Source: Escherichia coli
GTDB lineage: Bacteria > Pseudomonadota > Gammaproteobacteria > Enterobacterales > Enterobacteriaceae
Strand: one strand, 5' to 3'
Length of the DNA: 64,000 bases
Assembly (NCBI RefSeq): GCF_003334815.1
Contig: NZ_QOWO01000004.1
The position numbers and the translations under genes were made by a program. Below, in pieces: positions 1 to 10,454 of this stretch. Numbering within the stretch: position 1 is the stretch's first letter; each line of letters starts with the position of its first letter. The notes under the pieces are model-generated. The model did no database searches. It was not told where the DNA came from and saw only the letters and a program-made list of their open reading frames with translations.

Positions 1-646
1 TGTGCATCATGACAATATCAGGTATAATATAAGATTGTAATCCCATCTTCTTCGCGCGTTCGCACCATTCGATATCAACGAAATCTATAAACAACTCCTC
101 ATCCATAAGCCCGATTTTTTGCAGTACCTCCATTCGAATCAAGCTCCCTGAAGAAATTAGAAAATCTGTTTCAAGTGGATGAACACTATGACACAGCTTG
201 ATTTTATAAAATGGTCTAATATGAATTGCACCTGTTATCTTTCCAGTTTTTTCATCCTTAAAGGCCGGACCTAAAACAGCAACTTGTTTTCCACTATTTA
301 GAAGTACACGCTCATTAATTAGCAATGTTTTAATCATTTCTTCCGGAACGATACTGTCTTGATCCAAAAATAAAATATGAGATGCTTTCGATTTTTTGGC
401 ATAATGAATTCCAATGTTCTGAGCTTTTGCAATGCCTAGATTGTAATTTAGTCGATAATGTTCAATTTTTTCTCCATACGACTCAAACTCAGAATCAGGT
501 ATTTTTAAATTAGACTCATCTGTGTTGTCGATAAGAATAACCTTGTCTACTTGCATAATTATACTTTTCAGTAATCCATGTATGCGTACAATTTCAGGTC
601 TGAAAAGGACCACTACTGCAATAATACATTTATCTTGTTCTGTCAT
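1..646 (-). CDS. Glycosyltransferase family 2, rhamnosyltransferase-like (O-antigen cluster); 3' end beyond window, ATG at 646..644
   Basis: Manual reverse-strand translation from the ATG at 646 gives MTEQDKCIIAVVVLFRPEIV...LIDNTDES...FLDQDSIVP, a GT2-type fold signature. GAGGT RBS directly upstream. Not in the ORF track because it runs off the window edge. Confidence 0.7.
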   Translation of the reverse strand, partial: MTEQDKCIIAVVVLFRPEIVRIHGLLKSIIMQVDKVILIDNTDESNLKIPDSEFESYGEKIEHYRLNYNLGIAKAQNIGIHYAKKSKASHILFLDQDSIVPEEMIKTLLINERVLLNSGKQVAVLGPAFKDEKTGKITGAIHIRPFYKIKLCHSVHPLETDFLISSGSLIRMEVLQKIGLMDEELFIDFVDIEWCERAKKMGLQSYIIPDIVMMH

Positions 647-651
647 GTTTT

Positions 652-1762
652 ACCTCAGGGCAAGGTTACTAAAGCCCGCGCCCCGCAAGGACTGACGCGA
701 GCTAGTCTCTGCCATAGATGTTCTTCTCATCTTACGTGTAAACTCTGTCTTAGATACTTTATGCTTCTTCAAAATATTAAGGCGATATGTCTTATGAATT
801 ATGCCTGGATATAATTCTTATGCATTTCCTCTTCTTATTTTGCTGTCATCTTCATTCATTGCCACATCCAGACACCAGTGCAACTTACTCTCTTGGTGCC
901 AGTGGTTTCGAATCGCTGATATAATATCTGACCGTCATTTCTGGCTCCTTCTTTTGTTCTGCTATTTTTTACCGAAAGTAGTCTGCCACGCAAAATTTTT
1001 TCAGTCCTTTTCATTCAAATGTGAAATCAATAATTTCATTAGGAATATCTAAACAATATGAAGACGGATTTTTTCTCTGTCGCGACTCTTTCAGTAATTA
1101 CGTAACTGTCATGCTTTGGATTACTTAATTCTTTCAGAAGAAAATTTACTCAAAGGCTTTATTAATCCGCCCCTGATTTCCTTTTACTGCGAATAAATAA
1201 TCGACTCCCTGTTTTTGTATCTTTTCTGCAAAATCATTCTGGCACCCCAGCGCATCAGTTGTAATAATTTTTTTTAATATCTAAATGTTAATTAGTTGAG
1301 GGATAGCTGTAATCTCAGTGGATTTCTCATCTGTCTTGATCTGTCAGAGAACAAGACTGAGCATTGTTGAGAACGCTCTAATGACATGAATCGCTTCTTT
1401 GCGGCGAGTTTTTTCATAAGAGTACCGGAGCGTTTTTCGAACTATAGCAATGACGTCTTTTTCATTTGACGAATGGAAATCCCTCATCCAGTTAATAATG
1501 CACTCGTGAAATTTTGCAGGAGTGATACATGATACAATTCTGGCAATGGTAACGAGAACAGGAATACCATTTTCTAAATCACTATATTACTTAAAAAAAC
1601 AAAATATGTCTCACCAAATCCTCTATATCTTCCGAACCTTCTGTACCAAAAATGACGACACAAATAGTCAACAGTAGTATATATGACAATTTATGTTTCC
1701 CTTTTCAGGCTTGTCTGTAATCGGGGATAATAGAAATATATTCCATCAATTTTTAGTACCAT
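652..1762 (-). mobile_element. ISAs1-family (H-repeat-associated) transposase pseudogene, about full length but with multiple stops and frameshifts
   Basis: Reverse-strand translation gives [61 protein letters not shown] and [29 protein letters not shown], matching remembered E. coli H-repeat proteins (YhhI/YdcC type: DTIARVVSCISPAKFHEC...DVIAIDGKTLR...). Reading frame is broken repeatedly; no minus-strand ORF of 60 aa or more in the track here. Confidence 0.7.
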
Positions 1763-1995
1763 TCTGCTCCCCTTATTTTAGCAAGAAGCATTTAAATATA
1801 TATAAGCTATGAAAAACAGTTTAAGTAATGAGGAACACCTCAATTATTGAGCATAAAATGCGAACTATTTACTACAAAAAAGCAGCGTTACGTGATCTTT
1901 CCCTGGGAGACGAACCATTATTTTTTCTATCGGAACTATAATCTTTAATATTTCAGAAAATAAGTTAATAGTCACAATAAGCCTTATATAATATA

Positions 1996-3069
1996 TCAAT
2001 TTTCAAATTCCGTATTGGCACCTTTAAAAATATTTATCAATATTACTTTGGATTCTTCGGTTTGAGATTGAAAATGTGCCAGCACTCTATAATTATTCTC
2101 AACTTTTGTGTATAATTCTTCCATTTTAAGAGGACTACAAAGCTCATCAACTTTAATAAATGAATAGCCTAACGAATTGAAATCACCTATATCAGGAGAT
2201 TTAACAACAGGAACAACACCACATTCAAGGTATTCAATTAATTTTGTCGGGCAGGCAACTCTATTTACAACTATGTCATCTCTTAAAACAAACCCCAAAT
2301 GACATTTAGCCATAACGTTAATTACATCCTCTTTTGGCAATGAATCAACTATTATATCAGTAGCATTAAAACAATTTGCAATTCTACTCTTGAATTCATA
2401 AGTTGAATTTTGTGGGAGAAAAAAATTGAATTTGATATTTTTATTATATGTCCGTTTACTTTCCTCTATCATCAAATCAATATTTTGCCAAGCTTGCATG
2501 CCGCCTGCATAAATGAATTCAAACATATTTGAATTCCATTTGTTCTGATCTACATGGATCTTGTTCTTTTCAAAAATCGGCAATACGATAGATCTTTTGT
2601 CCAAACAGATATGGTATTTATCTTCATAAAACTTTTTCATTGATGAAGTAACATGTATTAATTTAAAACACTTTTGTATTGACATCCTCTCGATTATGTT
2701 ATAAACGAATGCATTTGCTCTTTTACCAAGGAAAATCATTTCCTCAGGAACTACCCCGTGTATATCGAGAATGATCTTTTTATAATCACCAAAAGGAAAA
2801 ATTTTCAACATATTATATACTGAGTGAACATATATTATTGTAGCTTTCTTTAAATATTTAGTTATCGTTAGATTATGTAGAAAATAATTTAGGCTCTCTA
2901 CTTTGCAATTATCGTAAACAGAGATTTTTCTTTTTTTATTTTTTTTAAATGATATATTTAAATAAACCCTCTCCTCATTTTTTGTCAAAGAATCTATTGC
3001 AGCAATTCTTTGAAACATACCATCACGAACATTCTCTGCTGTCGGAAAATCTGCTATAAACAAAATCAT
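1996..3069 (-). CDS. Glycosyltransferase (GT4-like), O-antigen cluster
   Basis: 357 aa ORF; C-terminal CPTKLIEYLECGVVPVV resembles the GT1/GT4 donor-binding motif. Very AT-rich, located inside the rfb cluster. Confidence 0.65.
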   Translation of the reverse strand: MILFIADFPTAENVRDGMFQRIAAIDSLTKNEERVYLNISFKKNKKRKISVYDNCKVESLNYFLHNLTITKYLKKATIIYVHSVYNMLKIFPFGDYKKIILDIHGVVPEEMIFLGKRANAFVYNIIERMSIQKCFKLIHVTSSMKKFYEDKYHICLDKRSIVLPIFEKNKIHVDQNKWNSNMFEFIYAGGMQAWQNIDLMIEESKRTYNKNIKFNFFLPQNSTYEFKSRIANCFNATDIIVDSLPKEDVINVMAKCHLGFVLRDDIVVNRVACPTKLIEYLECGVVPVVKSPDIGDFNSLGYSFIKVDELCSPLKMEELYTKVENNYRVLAHFQSQTEESKVILINIFKGANTEFEN

Positions 3070-3134
3070 ATTACACCACTAATCATATTTCAATGCATTT
3101 ATTAAAATTGCTGATGATATTAATAATCAAAATA

Positions 3135-4271
3135 TTATTTGTTTAAATTATACCAATCAGCCATTATATCTATTATTCGTTTAGATGTTTGACCATCACC
3201 GTATGGATTAGAAGCAGTTGACATTTTTTCATATGCGCCTTTATCGGTCAGCAATAGGTCTAATTCATTAAATATTTTATTTTTATCAGTACCTACTAGT
3301 CTGACCGTACCAGCTGCAACAGCTTCCGGTCGCTCTGTAGTGTTTCTTGTAACTAGTACAGGTTTTCCTAAAGATGGTGCTTCTTCTTGTATACCACCGG
3401 AATCAGTCACAATGATATATGCCTTGTCCATTAAATAAACGAATTGCAAATACTCTAATGGTTCGATAAGGTAGATATTACTTATGCCGCTTAGTATGTC
3501 TTTTACCGGTTTCCGAACTGACGGATTAAGATGTACCGGATACACAAAATTATAATCTTTGAATTTCAATGCTGCGTCACGAATTGCGAAACATATATTA
3601 TCAAAACCAATCCCAAAGTTTTCTCTTCTATGACCTGTTATTAATACAATTCCATTAGCTTTGACATCGAATGGTAGAGTTTTCGCTATTTGTATCTGTA
3701 ATTCTGGCCGTGAACGGATTTTGCTAACAATTGCCATAAGTGCATCAATAACCGTATTACCGACAATATGAATATTTTGTTCAGCTACATTTTCTTTTAA
3801 CAAATTTAATTTTGAGGTCTCTGTTGGAGCAAAGTGCAAATCAGTGATAGCCGCCGTAAGTTTACGATTCCCTTCTTCTGGCCAAGGCGAGTATAAGTCT
3901 CCAGTACGGAGACCTGCTTCTACATGACCGATGCTTACTTGATTATAATATGCAGCAAGGGACGCAGCTAAAGTAGTTGTGGTATCCCCATGAACAAGAA
4001 TCATATCGGGTTTATCTGCTGAAAAGATCACATTTAGCTTGTATAAGATAATGCTAGTCAGCGATACAAGTGTTTGTCCCGGCTTCATTACATTTAAATC
4101 GTAGTCCGGTTTAATTTGGAAAAGTTCTAAAACTTGATCGAGCATTTCACGGTGCTGGCCCGTCACACAAACCTTGCAGCAAAATCTATTATCGCCCTTT
4201 AATTTTTCTATTAAGGGAGCCATTTTTATTGCTTCTGGTCGAGTACCAAATATTAAAAATATCTTTTTCAT
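3135..4271 (-). CDS. UDP-N-acetylglucosamine 2-epimerase (WecB/MnaA family)
   Basis: 378 aa; MKKIFLIFGTRPEAIKMAPLI N-terminus and overall length are typical of non-hydrolysing UDP-GlcNAc 2-epimerases. Confidence 0.9.
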   Translation of the reverse strand: MKKIFLIFGTRPEAIKMAPLIEKLKGDNRFCCKVCVTGQHREMLDQVLELFQIKPDYDLNVMKPGQTLVSLTSIILYKLNVIFSADKPDMILVHGDTTTTLAASLAAYYNQVSIGHVEAGLRTGDLYSPWPEEGNRKLTAAITDLHFAPTETSKLNLLKENVAEQNIHIVGNTVIDALMAIVSKIRSRPELQIQIAKTLPFDVKANGIVLITGHRRENFGIGFDNICFAIRDAALKFKDYNFVYPVHLNPSVRKPVKDILSGISNIYLIEPLEYLQFVYLMDKAYIIVTDSGGIQEEAPSLGKPVLVTRNTTERPEAVAAGTVRLVGTDKNKIFNELDLLLTDKGAYEKMSTASNPYGDGQTSKRIIDIMADWYNLNK

Positions 4272-4282
4272 GTTGAATTTCT

Positions 4283-5560
4283 TTAAATAAGATGTTGATT
4301 TTTGACTTTACTTATATTACTTAGCAACAGTATGCATAAAAGTAGTTCTCCACTTGATATTGCTACCGCTGCACCATAGCCATTATATAAACCGGCAAGT
4401 AATAAAAGAAAAATTACCGTAAAAATAGCAGAATAAATGATACTGCAACTATACATTTTGGCACAACCTGCAGCACTCAGGATTTGAATACCAAGAACAT
4501 TATTTAGAACGCCAAGACACATCCATGGAGCCAATAAGAAGGCAAAAGCCAGAGTTTCTTGTGGTAAATTTACTCTAGGATATATGATCCACCATGCAAG
4601 TATAAAAATCAAACTCACGATCAGACCTAATAGAACTAAGGGACGTCCAGTGCGGATAGCTGACGACATGCCGACATCAAATGATTCCTTAAACTTCCTA
4701 CAACTATGCGGATAAAGTGACTGCGTCAATGGCGAAAATAATGAAACTATAGCTTTAGCTATTCGCTCTACGACTGCATAAATACCTACAACAGATGGTG
4801 TATGGTATATACCAAGAATAAAAACAGCACTGTTTGTTAGCAGTGTTGAGGCAAGTGTTGCTAAAAAATAATCCCATCCTTCCTTAAGGGATACCATCAT
4901 AAATTTTATAGTAGGTAGCATAAAATTTATATATTTTTTTTGAATGATATATATATTAGCATAAACTCCACCAATAAGCACTGGAAACGCTTGGGATAAA
5001 ATAGCAGTACTAATATCACTTTCATTACGAACGAAATATAATACACAGATACATGAGATTATTCGAGATAATATATTAATGACAGCAACTATTTTTAGTT
5101 TTTCTATCCCCTGATAGAACCATAAAGGGTACATCGAATTAGAAAATGCCCATATGAAGGCACTTACAATTATCGTATAATAATTGCTATCATTAACAAA
5201 GACCCTGCATACAATATCTATAATACTAAATAGCAGAAATGTTAAAACAAATTTAACAAAATTAATTGCATAGTATATACGTGATATTTGACAAATATTA
5301 TCTCTACTTTGAGATATAGCTCGACTGGCACTGTAAGCAAATCCATAATCAATGACAACCTGGAAATACGCCATCAATACCAATGCAAATGCATATTTAC
5401 CAAAGCCATCAATGCCCAAGGTTGTTATAAGATGACCTAGCACGATAATTGGTGAAAGATACGCAACACCTTGTGTGCAAAGTAAATATCCAGCATTATA
5501 TATTACATTTTTGTATTCTTTATTTATCAACAAAGAAACCTCTTGCTTAATTTTACTCAC
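4283..5560 (-). CDS. wzx: O-antigen flippase Wzx
   Basis: 425 aa, highly hydrophobic polytopic membrane protein immediately downstream of rmlC; position and composition typical of Wzx. Confidence 0.85.
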   Translation of the reverse strand: MSKIKQEVSLLINKEYKNVIYNAGYLLCTQGVAYLSPIIVLGHLITTLGIDGFGKYAFALVLMAYFQVVIDYGFAYSASRAISQSRDNICQISRIYYAINFVKFVLTFLLFSIIDIVCRVFVNDSNYYTIIVSAFIWAFSNSMYPLWFYQGIEKLKIVAVINILSRIISCICVLYFVRNESDISTAILSQAFPVLIGGVYANIYIIQKKYINFMLPTIKFMMVSLKEGWDYFLATLASTLLTNSAVFILGIYHTPSVVGIYAVVERIAKAIVSLFSPLTQSLYPHSCRKFKESFDVGMSSAIRTGRPLVLLGLIVSLIFILAWWIIYPRVNLPQETLAFAFLLAPWMCLGVLNNVLGIQILSAAGCAKMYSCSIIYSAIFTVIFLLLLAGLYNGYGAAVAISSGELLLCILLLSNISKVKNQHLI

Positions 5561-6090
5561 CTGTAAAGAAATGGTTGCTTAGAGTCTTTCTCTGATACAA
5601 TAGGCTCATTAATTAGTGGCCAATCTATTTTTATATCTGGATCATGCCAGGCCAAACCACGATCACTGGTTGGAGCATAATAATTCGTCGTCTTATACAA
5701 AAACTCTGCCGTTTCACTCAGCACCAAAAACCCATGCGCAAATCCTTCTGGTATCCACAACTGGCGCTTATTCTCAGCAGATAAATTCACCCCAACCCAT
5801 TTGCCAAAAGTTGGTGACGATTTACGAATATCAACCGCTACGTCAAAAACTTCACCAACAACGCAGCGCACCAACTTTCCTTGTGCATAAGGTTCTAACT
5901 GATAATGCAGTCCGCGTAAAACACCTTTACAAGACTTCGAATGGTTATCCTGGACAAATTCAACTTTGCGGCCTACAGCTTCCTCAAAAACCTTCTGGTT
6001 AAAGCTCTCGAAAAAGAAACCGCGCTCGTCACCAAAAACTTTCGGTTCGAAAATTAATACGTCTGGAATCTCTGTTTTAATTACGTTCAT
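5557..6090 (-). CDS. rfbC: dTDP-4-dehydrorhamnose 3,5-epimerase
   Basis: 177 aa; MNVIKTEIPDVLIFEPKVFGDERGFF is the RmlC signature; 4-bp overlap with wzx. Confidence 0.95.
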   Translation of the reverse strand: MNVIKTEIPDVLIFEPKVFGDERGFFFESFNQKVFEEAVGRKVEFVQDNHSKSCKGVLRGLHYQLEPYAQGKLVRCVVGEVFDVAVDIRKSSPTFGKWVGVNLSAENKRQLWIPEGFAHGFLVLSETAEFLYKTTNYYAPTSDRGLAWHDPDIKIDWPLINEPIVSEKDSKQPFLYR

Positions 6091-6094
6091 TTTA

Positions 6095-6973
6095 TTAATA
6101 ACCTTTAATCATTTTTAGCAGGTACTGACCATAAGCATTTTTCTTCAACGGTTCAGCTAATATTTTCACCTGCTCAGCATTGATAAACCCTTTACGGTAA
6201 GCAATTTCTTCTGGACAGGAAACTTTCAACCCTTGACGCTCTTCAATTGTAGCAATGAAGTTGCTTGCCTCAATCAGGCTTTGATGTGTCCCCGTGTCTA
6301 ACCATGCATATCCACGTCCCATCATGGCAACAGATAAACGCCCTTGTTCCATGTAGATACGGTTAATATCGGTAATTTCCAGTTCACCGCGGGCAGAAGG
6401 CTTAAGATTTTTCGCCATTTCTACAACGTCGTTATCATAGAAATAAAGCCCAGTTACCGCATAATTACTTTTTGGCTGTAGCGGTTTTTCTTCCAGGCTA
6501 ATTGCCGTACCGTTTTTATCAAACTCAACGACACCATAGCGTTCAGGATCATTAACGTGATAGGCAAACACCGTTGCACCACTTTCTTTGTTAACAGCGG
6601 CATCCATTAACTTCGGCAGATCGTGACCGTAAAAAATATTATCACCAAGAACCAAAGCACAATCATCACCACCGATAAATTCTTCACCGATGATAAATGC
6701 TTGCGCAAGACCATCTGGACTTGGTTGCACTTTGTACTGAAGATTCAGGCCCCACTGGCTCCCGTCACCCAACAGTTGTTGAAAACGAGGAGTATCCTGT
6801 GGCGTACTTATAATTAGAATATCGCGAATACCCGCCAACATCAGTGTAGAGAGCGGATAATAGATCATCGGTTTATCATAAATAGGTAATAGCTGTTTAC
6901 TGACAGCCATAGTCACAGGATAAAGACGTGTACCAGAACCACCCGCTAAAATAATACCTTTACGCGTTTTCAT
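6095..6973 (-). CDS. rfbA: Glucose-1-phosphate thymidylyltransferase
   Basis: 292 aa; [16 protein letters not shown] nucleotidyltransferase motif; synteny rmlBDAC. Confidence 0.95.
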   Translation of the reverse strand: MKTRKGIILAGGSGTRLYPVTMAVSKQLLPIYDKPMIYYPLSTLMLAGIRDILIISTPQDTPRFQQLLGDGSQWGLNLQYKVQPSPDGLAQAFIIGEEFIGGDDCALVLGDNIFYGHDLPKLMDAAVNKESGATVFAYHVNDPERYGVVEFDKNGTAISLEEKPLQPKSNYAVTGLYFYDNDVVEMAKNLKPSARGELEITDINRIYMEQGRLSVAMMGRGYAWLDTGTHQSLIEASNFIATIEERQGLKVSCPEEIAYRKGFINAEQVKILAEPLKKNAYGQYLLKMIKGY

Positions 6974-7030
6974 TCCATCATTCCTTTTAATTCATCTTGT
7001 TCCACCATCACGAACAAGATACAAAAACTA

Positions 7031-7930
7031 TTAAATTGCTGTAGTCGTAAATAATTCGTTGAGCATGCGTTTCACACCAACCTGCCAGTCAGGCAAAACA
7101 AGCGCAAAGTTCTGCTGAAATTTTTCTGTATTAAGGCGAGAGTTATGCGGACGACGAGCTGGTGTAGGATAGGCTGTTGTTGATACTGCGTTGAGCTTGT
7201 TGAGTGCAAGGGGAATGCCTGCTTTGCGCGCCTCTTCAAAAACCAGCGCAGCATAATCGTGCCAGGTTGTGGTACCACTGGCTACCAGATGGTACAAGCC
7301 TGCGACTTCTGGTTTATTCAGTGCCACACGAATTGCATGTGCCGTACAATCAGCCAGCAGTTCAGCACCTGTTGGCGCACCAAACTGATCATTAATAACG
7401 GCTAATTCTTCACGCTCTTTTGCCAGACGCAACATCGTTTTGGCGAAGTTATTTCCTTTACCTGCATAGACCCAGCTGGTACGGAAAATTAGGTGCTTCG
7501 CACAATGCTCTTGTAATGCTTTTTCTCCAGCTAACTTGGTTTCACCGTAAACATTTAGCGGTGCGGTTGCATCCGCCTCCTGCCATGGTATTTCACCGGT
7601 CCCCGGAAATACGTAGTCAGTTGAGTAATGAATTACCCAGGCCCCAACTTCATTAGCCGCTTTTGCAATTGATTCAACGCTGGTCGCATTGAGTAATTGT
7701 GCAAATTCGGGTTCTGACTCAGCCTTATCTACTGCGGTATGAGCCGCAGCATTAACAATAACATCAGGGCGAATTTTTTTGACGGTTTCAGCTACACCTT
7801 CAGGATTACTAAAATCACCACAATAATCAGTGGAGTGAACATCAAGAGCAATCAAATTACCCAAAGGTGCCAGAGCACGCTGTAGTTCCCAACCGACCTG
7901 CCCTGTTTTGCCGAAAAGGAGAATATTCAT
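7031..7930 (-). CDS. rfbD: dTDP-4-dehydrorhamnose reductase
   Basis: 299 aa; [21 protein letters not shown]-terminus typical of RmlD. Confidence 0.95.
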   Translation of the reverse strand: MNILLFGKTGQVGWELQRALAPLGNLIALDVHSTDYCGDFSNPEGVAETVKKIRPDVIVNAAAHTAVDKAESEPEFAQLLNATSVESIAKAANEVGAWVIHYSTDYVFPGTGEIPWQEADATAPLNVYGETKLAGEKALQEHCAKHLIFRTSWVYAGKGNNFAKTMLRLAKEREELAVINDQFGAPTGAELLADCTAHAIRVALNKPEVAGLYHLVASGTTTWHDYAALVFEEARKAGIPLALNKLNAVSTTAYPTPARRPHNSRLNTEKFQQNFALVLPDWQVGVKRMLNELFTTTAI

Positions 7931-9015
7931 TACTGGCGGCCCTCATAGTTCTGTTCAATCCACGATTGATAAGCACCACTTTTCACATTATCAACCCATT
8001 TTGTATTGGACAGGTACCATTCCACCGTTTTACGAATCCCGCTCTCAAACGTTTCCTGCGGTTTCCAGCCCAATTCGCGGCTAATCTTCTCTGCATCAAT
8101 CGCATAACGGCGATCGTGTCCCGGGCGATCGGCAACATAAGTAATTTGCTCACGGTAAGATTTCTCTTTCGGTACAATCTCATCCAACAAATCACAAATA
8201 GTGAGCACTACATCGATGTTTTTCTTTTCGTTGTGTCCACCAATGTTATAAGTTTCACCCGCTTTACCTTCGGTTACGACGATATATAACGCACGCGCAT
8301 GATCTTCAACATACAGCCAGTCACGAATTTGATCCCCTTTGCCATAAATAGGTAATGCCTTACCTTCCAGAGCATTAAGAATTACTAGTGGAATCAATTT
8401 TTCCGGAAAGTGATAAGGACCGTAGTTATTCGAACAGTTAGTCACAATGGTCGGTAAACCATAGGTACGTTTCCACGCACGGACTAAATGATCGCTGGAT
8501 GCTTTTGATGCGGAATAAGGACTACTAGGCGCGTAAGCTGTCGTCTCAGTAAAGAGGGGTAATTGTTCTTTATTATTTACTTCGTCAGGATGAGGCAGAT
8601 CGCCATAGACTTCGTCAGTAGAAATATGATGAAAACGGAAGCTATTTTTCTTGTCGCCATCAAGAGCAGACCAGTAATTGCGAGCCGCTTCCAAAAGGAC
8701 ATAAGTACCAACAATATTGGTTTCAATAAATGCCGCAGGGCCTGTAATTGAACGATCCACATGGCTTTCAGCAGCCAGGTGCATCACTGCATCCGGCTGA
8801 TGCTGAGCAAAAATCCGCGCCATTGCAGCAGCATCGCAAATATCCGCATGTTCAAAAACATAGCGTTCAGAATCAGAAACATCAGCAAGTGATTCCAGGT
8901 TTCCGGCGTACGTTAATTTATCGACATTAACAACACTATCCTGCGTATTATTTATAATGTGACGAACTACTGCAGAACCAATAAATCCTGCGCCACCAGT
9001 AACAAGTATCTTCAC
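7930..9015 (-). CDS. rfbB: dTDP-glucose 4,6-dehydratase
   Basis: 361 aa; [20 protein letters not shown]ossmann N-terminus; first gene of the rfb operon. Confidence 0.95.
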   Translation of the reverse strand: MKILVTGGAGFIGSAVVRHIINNTQDSVVNVDKLTYAGNLESLADVSDSERYVFEHADICDAAAMARIFAQHQPDAVMHLAAESHVDRSITGPAAFIETNIVGTYVLLEAARNYWSALDGDKKNSFRFHHISTDEVYGDLPHPDEVNNKEQLPLFTETTAYAPSSPYSASKASSDHLVRAWKRTYGLPTIVTNCSNNYGPYHFPEKLIPLVILNALEGKALPIYGKGDQIRDWLYVEDHARALYIVVTEGKAGETYNIGGHNEKKNIDVVLTICDLLDEIVPKEKSYREQITYVADRPGHDRRYAIDAEKISRELGWKPQETFESGIRKTVEWYLSNTKWVDNVKSGAYQSWIEQNYEGRQ

Positions 9016-9083
9016 TTTTTTATTCCATATTACTTCAGAGCATGCTGTGAAATTAGCGGCTCTTAGTTTGATTAATAGAGGTA

Positions 9084-9125
9084 TTAATGCACGCTACCGC
9101 CCCTGGCTTTACAGCTACCAGAGCA
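9084..9125 (-). promoter_or_regulatory. JUMPstart element with ops (RfaH antitermination site) upstream of rfbB
   Basis: Forward cacgctaccgcc at 9090..9101 is the reverse complement of ops GGCGGTAGCGTG; the same 30-nt motif recurs upstream of wza at 33630. Confidence 0.8.
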
Positions 9126-9386
9126 CTGCATGCATGCCTACGATGTAGCGAGCGTTACCCACTCGCGCTTAACCCGAAAAATTCAAACGCTAATTGTCTT
9201 ACCAATTCGCCCTGGAAACAAGGAAAATCCTGGAAAACTTTGACTAAAATCCTATTGCTAACTCGTTGTTATTCTGATTGTTTATATAAAACAACGGCAG
9301 GAATATTCGCAACAAATTACTTTCGCCACGAATCTTCACTGCCGTTATAATTTTCTTATCAACCGTTACATCCGGTCAGATTTTCA

Positions 9387-10280
9387 TTATTCGCTTAACA
9401 GTTTCTCAATACCTTTACGGAACTTCGCCCCTTCTTTCAGGTTGCGTAGTCCATACTTCACAAATGCCTGCATATAGCCCATTTTTTTACCGCAGTCGTA
9501 GCTGTCACCAGTCATCAGCATTGCATCAACAGACTGTTTTTTCGCCAGTTCGGCAATGGCATCTGTCAGTTGGATACGTCCCCATGCACCTGGCTGAGTG
9601 CGTTCAAGTTCCGGCCAAATATCTGCAGAAAGCACATAGCGACCAACGGCCATGATGTCTGAGTCCAGCGTCTGCGGCTGATCCGGTTTTTCGATAAATT
9701 CAACAATGCGGCTGACTTTACCTTCACGATCCAGTGGTTCTTTGGTCTGAATAACGGAGTATTCAGAGAGGTCACCCGGCATACGTTTTGCCAGCACCTG
9801 GCTACGGCCCGTTTCATTGAAACGCGCAATCATGGCAGCAAGGTTGTAACGCAGCGGATCGGCACTGGCGTCGTCGATCACAACGTCTGGCAGCACCACG
9901 ACAAATGGGTTGTCACCAATGGCGGGTCGTGCACACAAAATGGAGTGACCTAAACCTAAAGGTTCGCCCTGACGTACGTTCATAATGGTCACGCCCGGCG
10001 GGCAGATGGACTGAACTTCCGCCAGTAGTTGACGCTTCACGCGCAGTTCAAGAAGAGATTCTAATTCATAAGAGGTGTCGAAGTGGTTTTCGACCGCGTT
10101 CTTGGACGCGTGAGTTACCAGGAGGATTTCTTTGATACCTGCAGCCACAATCTCGTCAACAATGTACTGAATCATTGGCTTGTCGACGATCGGTAGCATC
10201 TCTTTGGGAATCGCCTTAGTGGCAGGCAACATATGCATCCCAAGACCCGCTACAGGAATAACTGCTTTTAAATTCGTCAT
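9387..10280 (-). CDS. galF: UTP-glucose-1-phosphate uridylyltransferase subunit GalF
   Basis: ORF track gives 301 aa from 10292; conserved start [22 protein letters not shown] at 10280 gives 297 aa; GalU/GalF family. Confidence 0.95.
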   Translation of the reverse strand: MTNLKAVIPVAGLGMHMLPATKAIPKEMLPIVDKPMIQYIVDEIVAAGIKEILLVTHASKNAVENHFDTSYELESLLELRVKRQLLAEVQSICPPGVTIMNVRQGEPLGLGHSILCARPAIGDNPFVVVLPDVVIDDASADPLRYNLAAMIARFNETGRSQVLAKRMPGDLSEYSVIQTKEPLDREGKVSRIVEFIEKPDQPQTLDSDIMAVGRYVLSADIWPELERTQPGAWGRIQLTDAIAELAKKQSVDAMLMTGDSYDCGKKMGYMQAFVKYGLRNLKEGAKFRKGIEKLLSE

Positions 10281-10454
10281 TATTTCATCCACCTGTAAAA
10301 TGGTTGCTGAATTATAGCTTGTTCGATTTTTTTCGCCAGCATCAATTACCCTGAATTGATTACTGAATTACTTGTGATGTTACGCCGCTTCGTTGTGGAT
10401 TGCAGTAGCATTGTTCCTAAGTATGGCTCCATTTTTCCAGGAATGGTCGCAAAT

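Noticed and set aside
578-1052. Plus-strand ORFs of 78 and 83 aa
   Set aside because: They lie antisense within the ISAs1 transposase relic and have low-complexity composition; they are most likely artefacts of the degraded element.
5616-6002. 128-aa plus-strand ORF antisense to rfbC, and many similar 60-240 aa ORFs overlapping conserved genes on the opposite strand
   Set aside because: They lie wholly within well-conserved genes on the other strand, lack RBS signals and have no recognisable protein features; they are typical six-frame artefacts.
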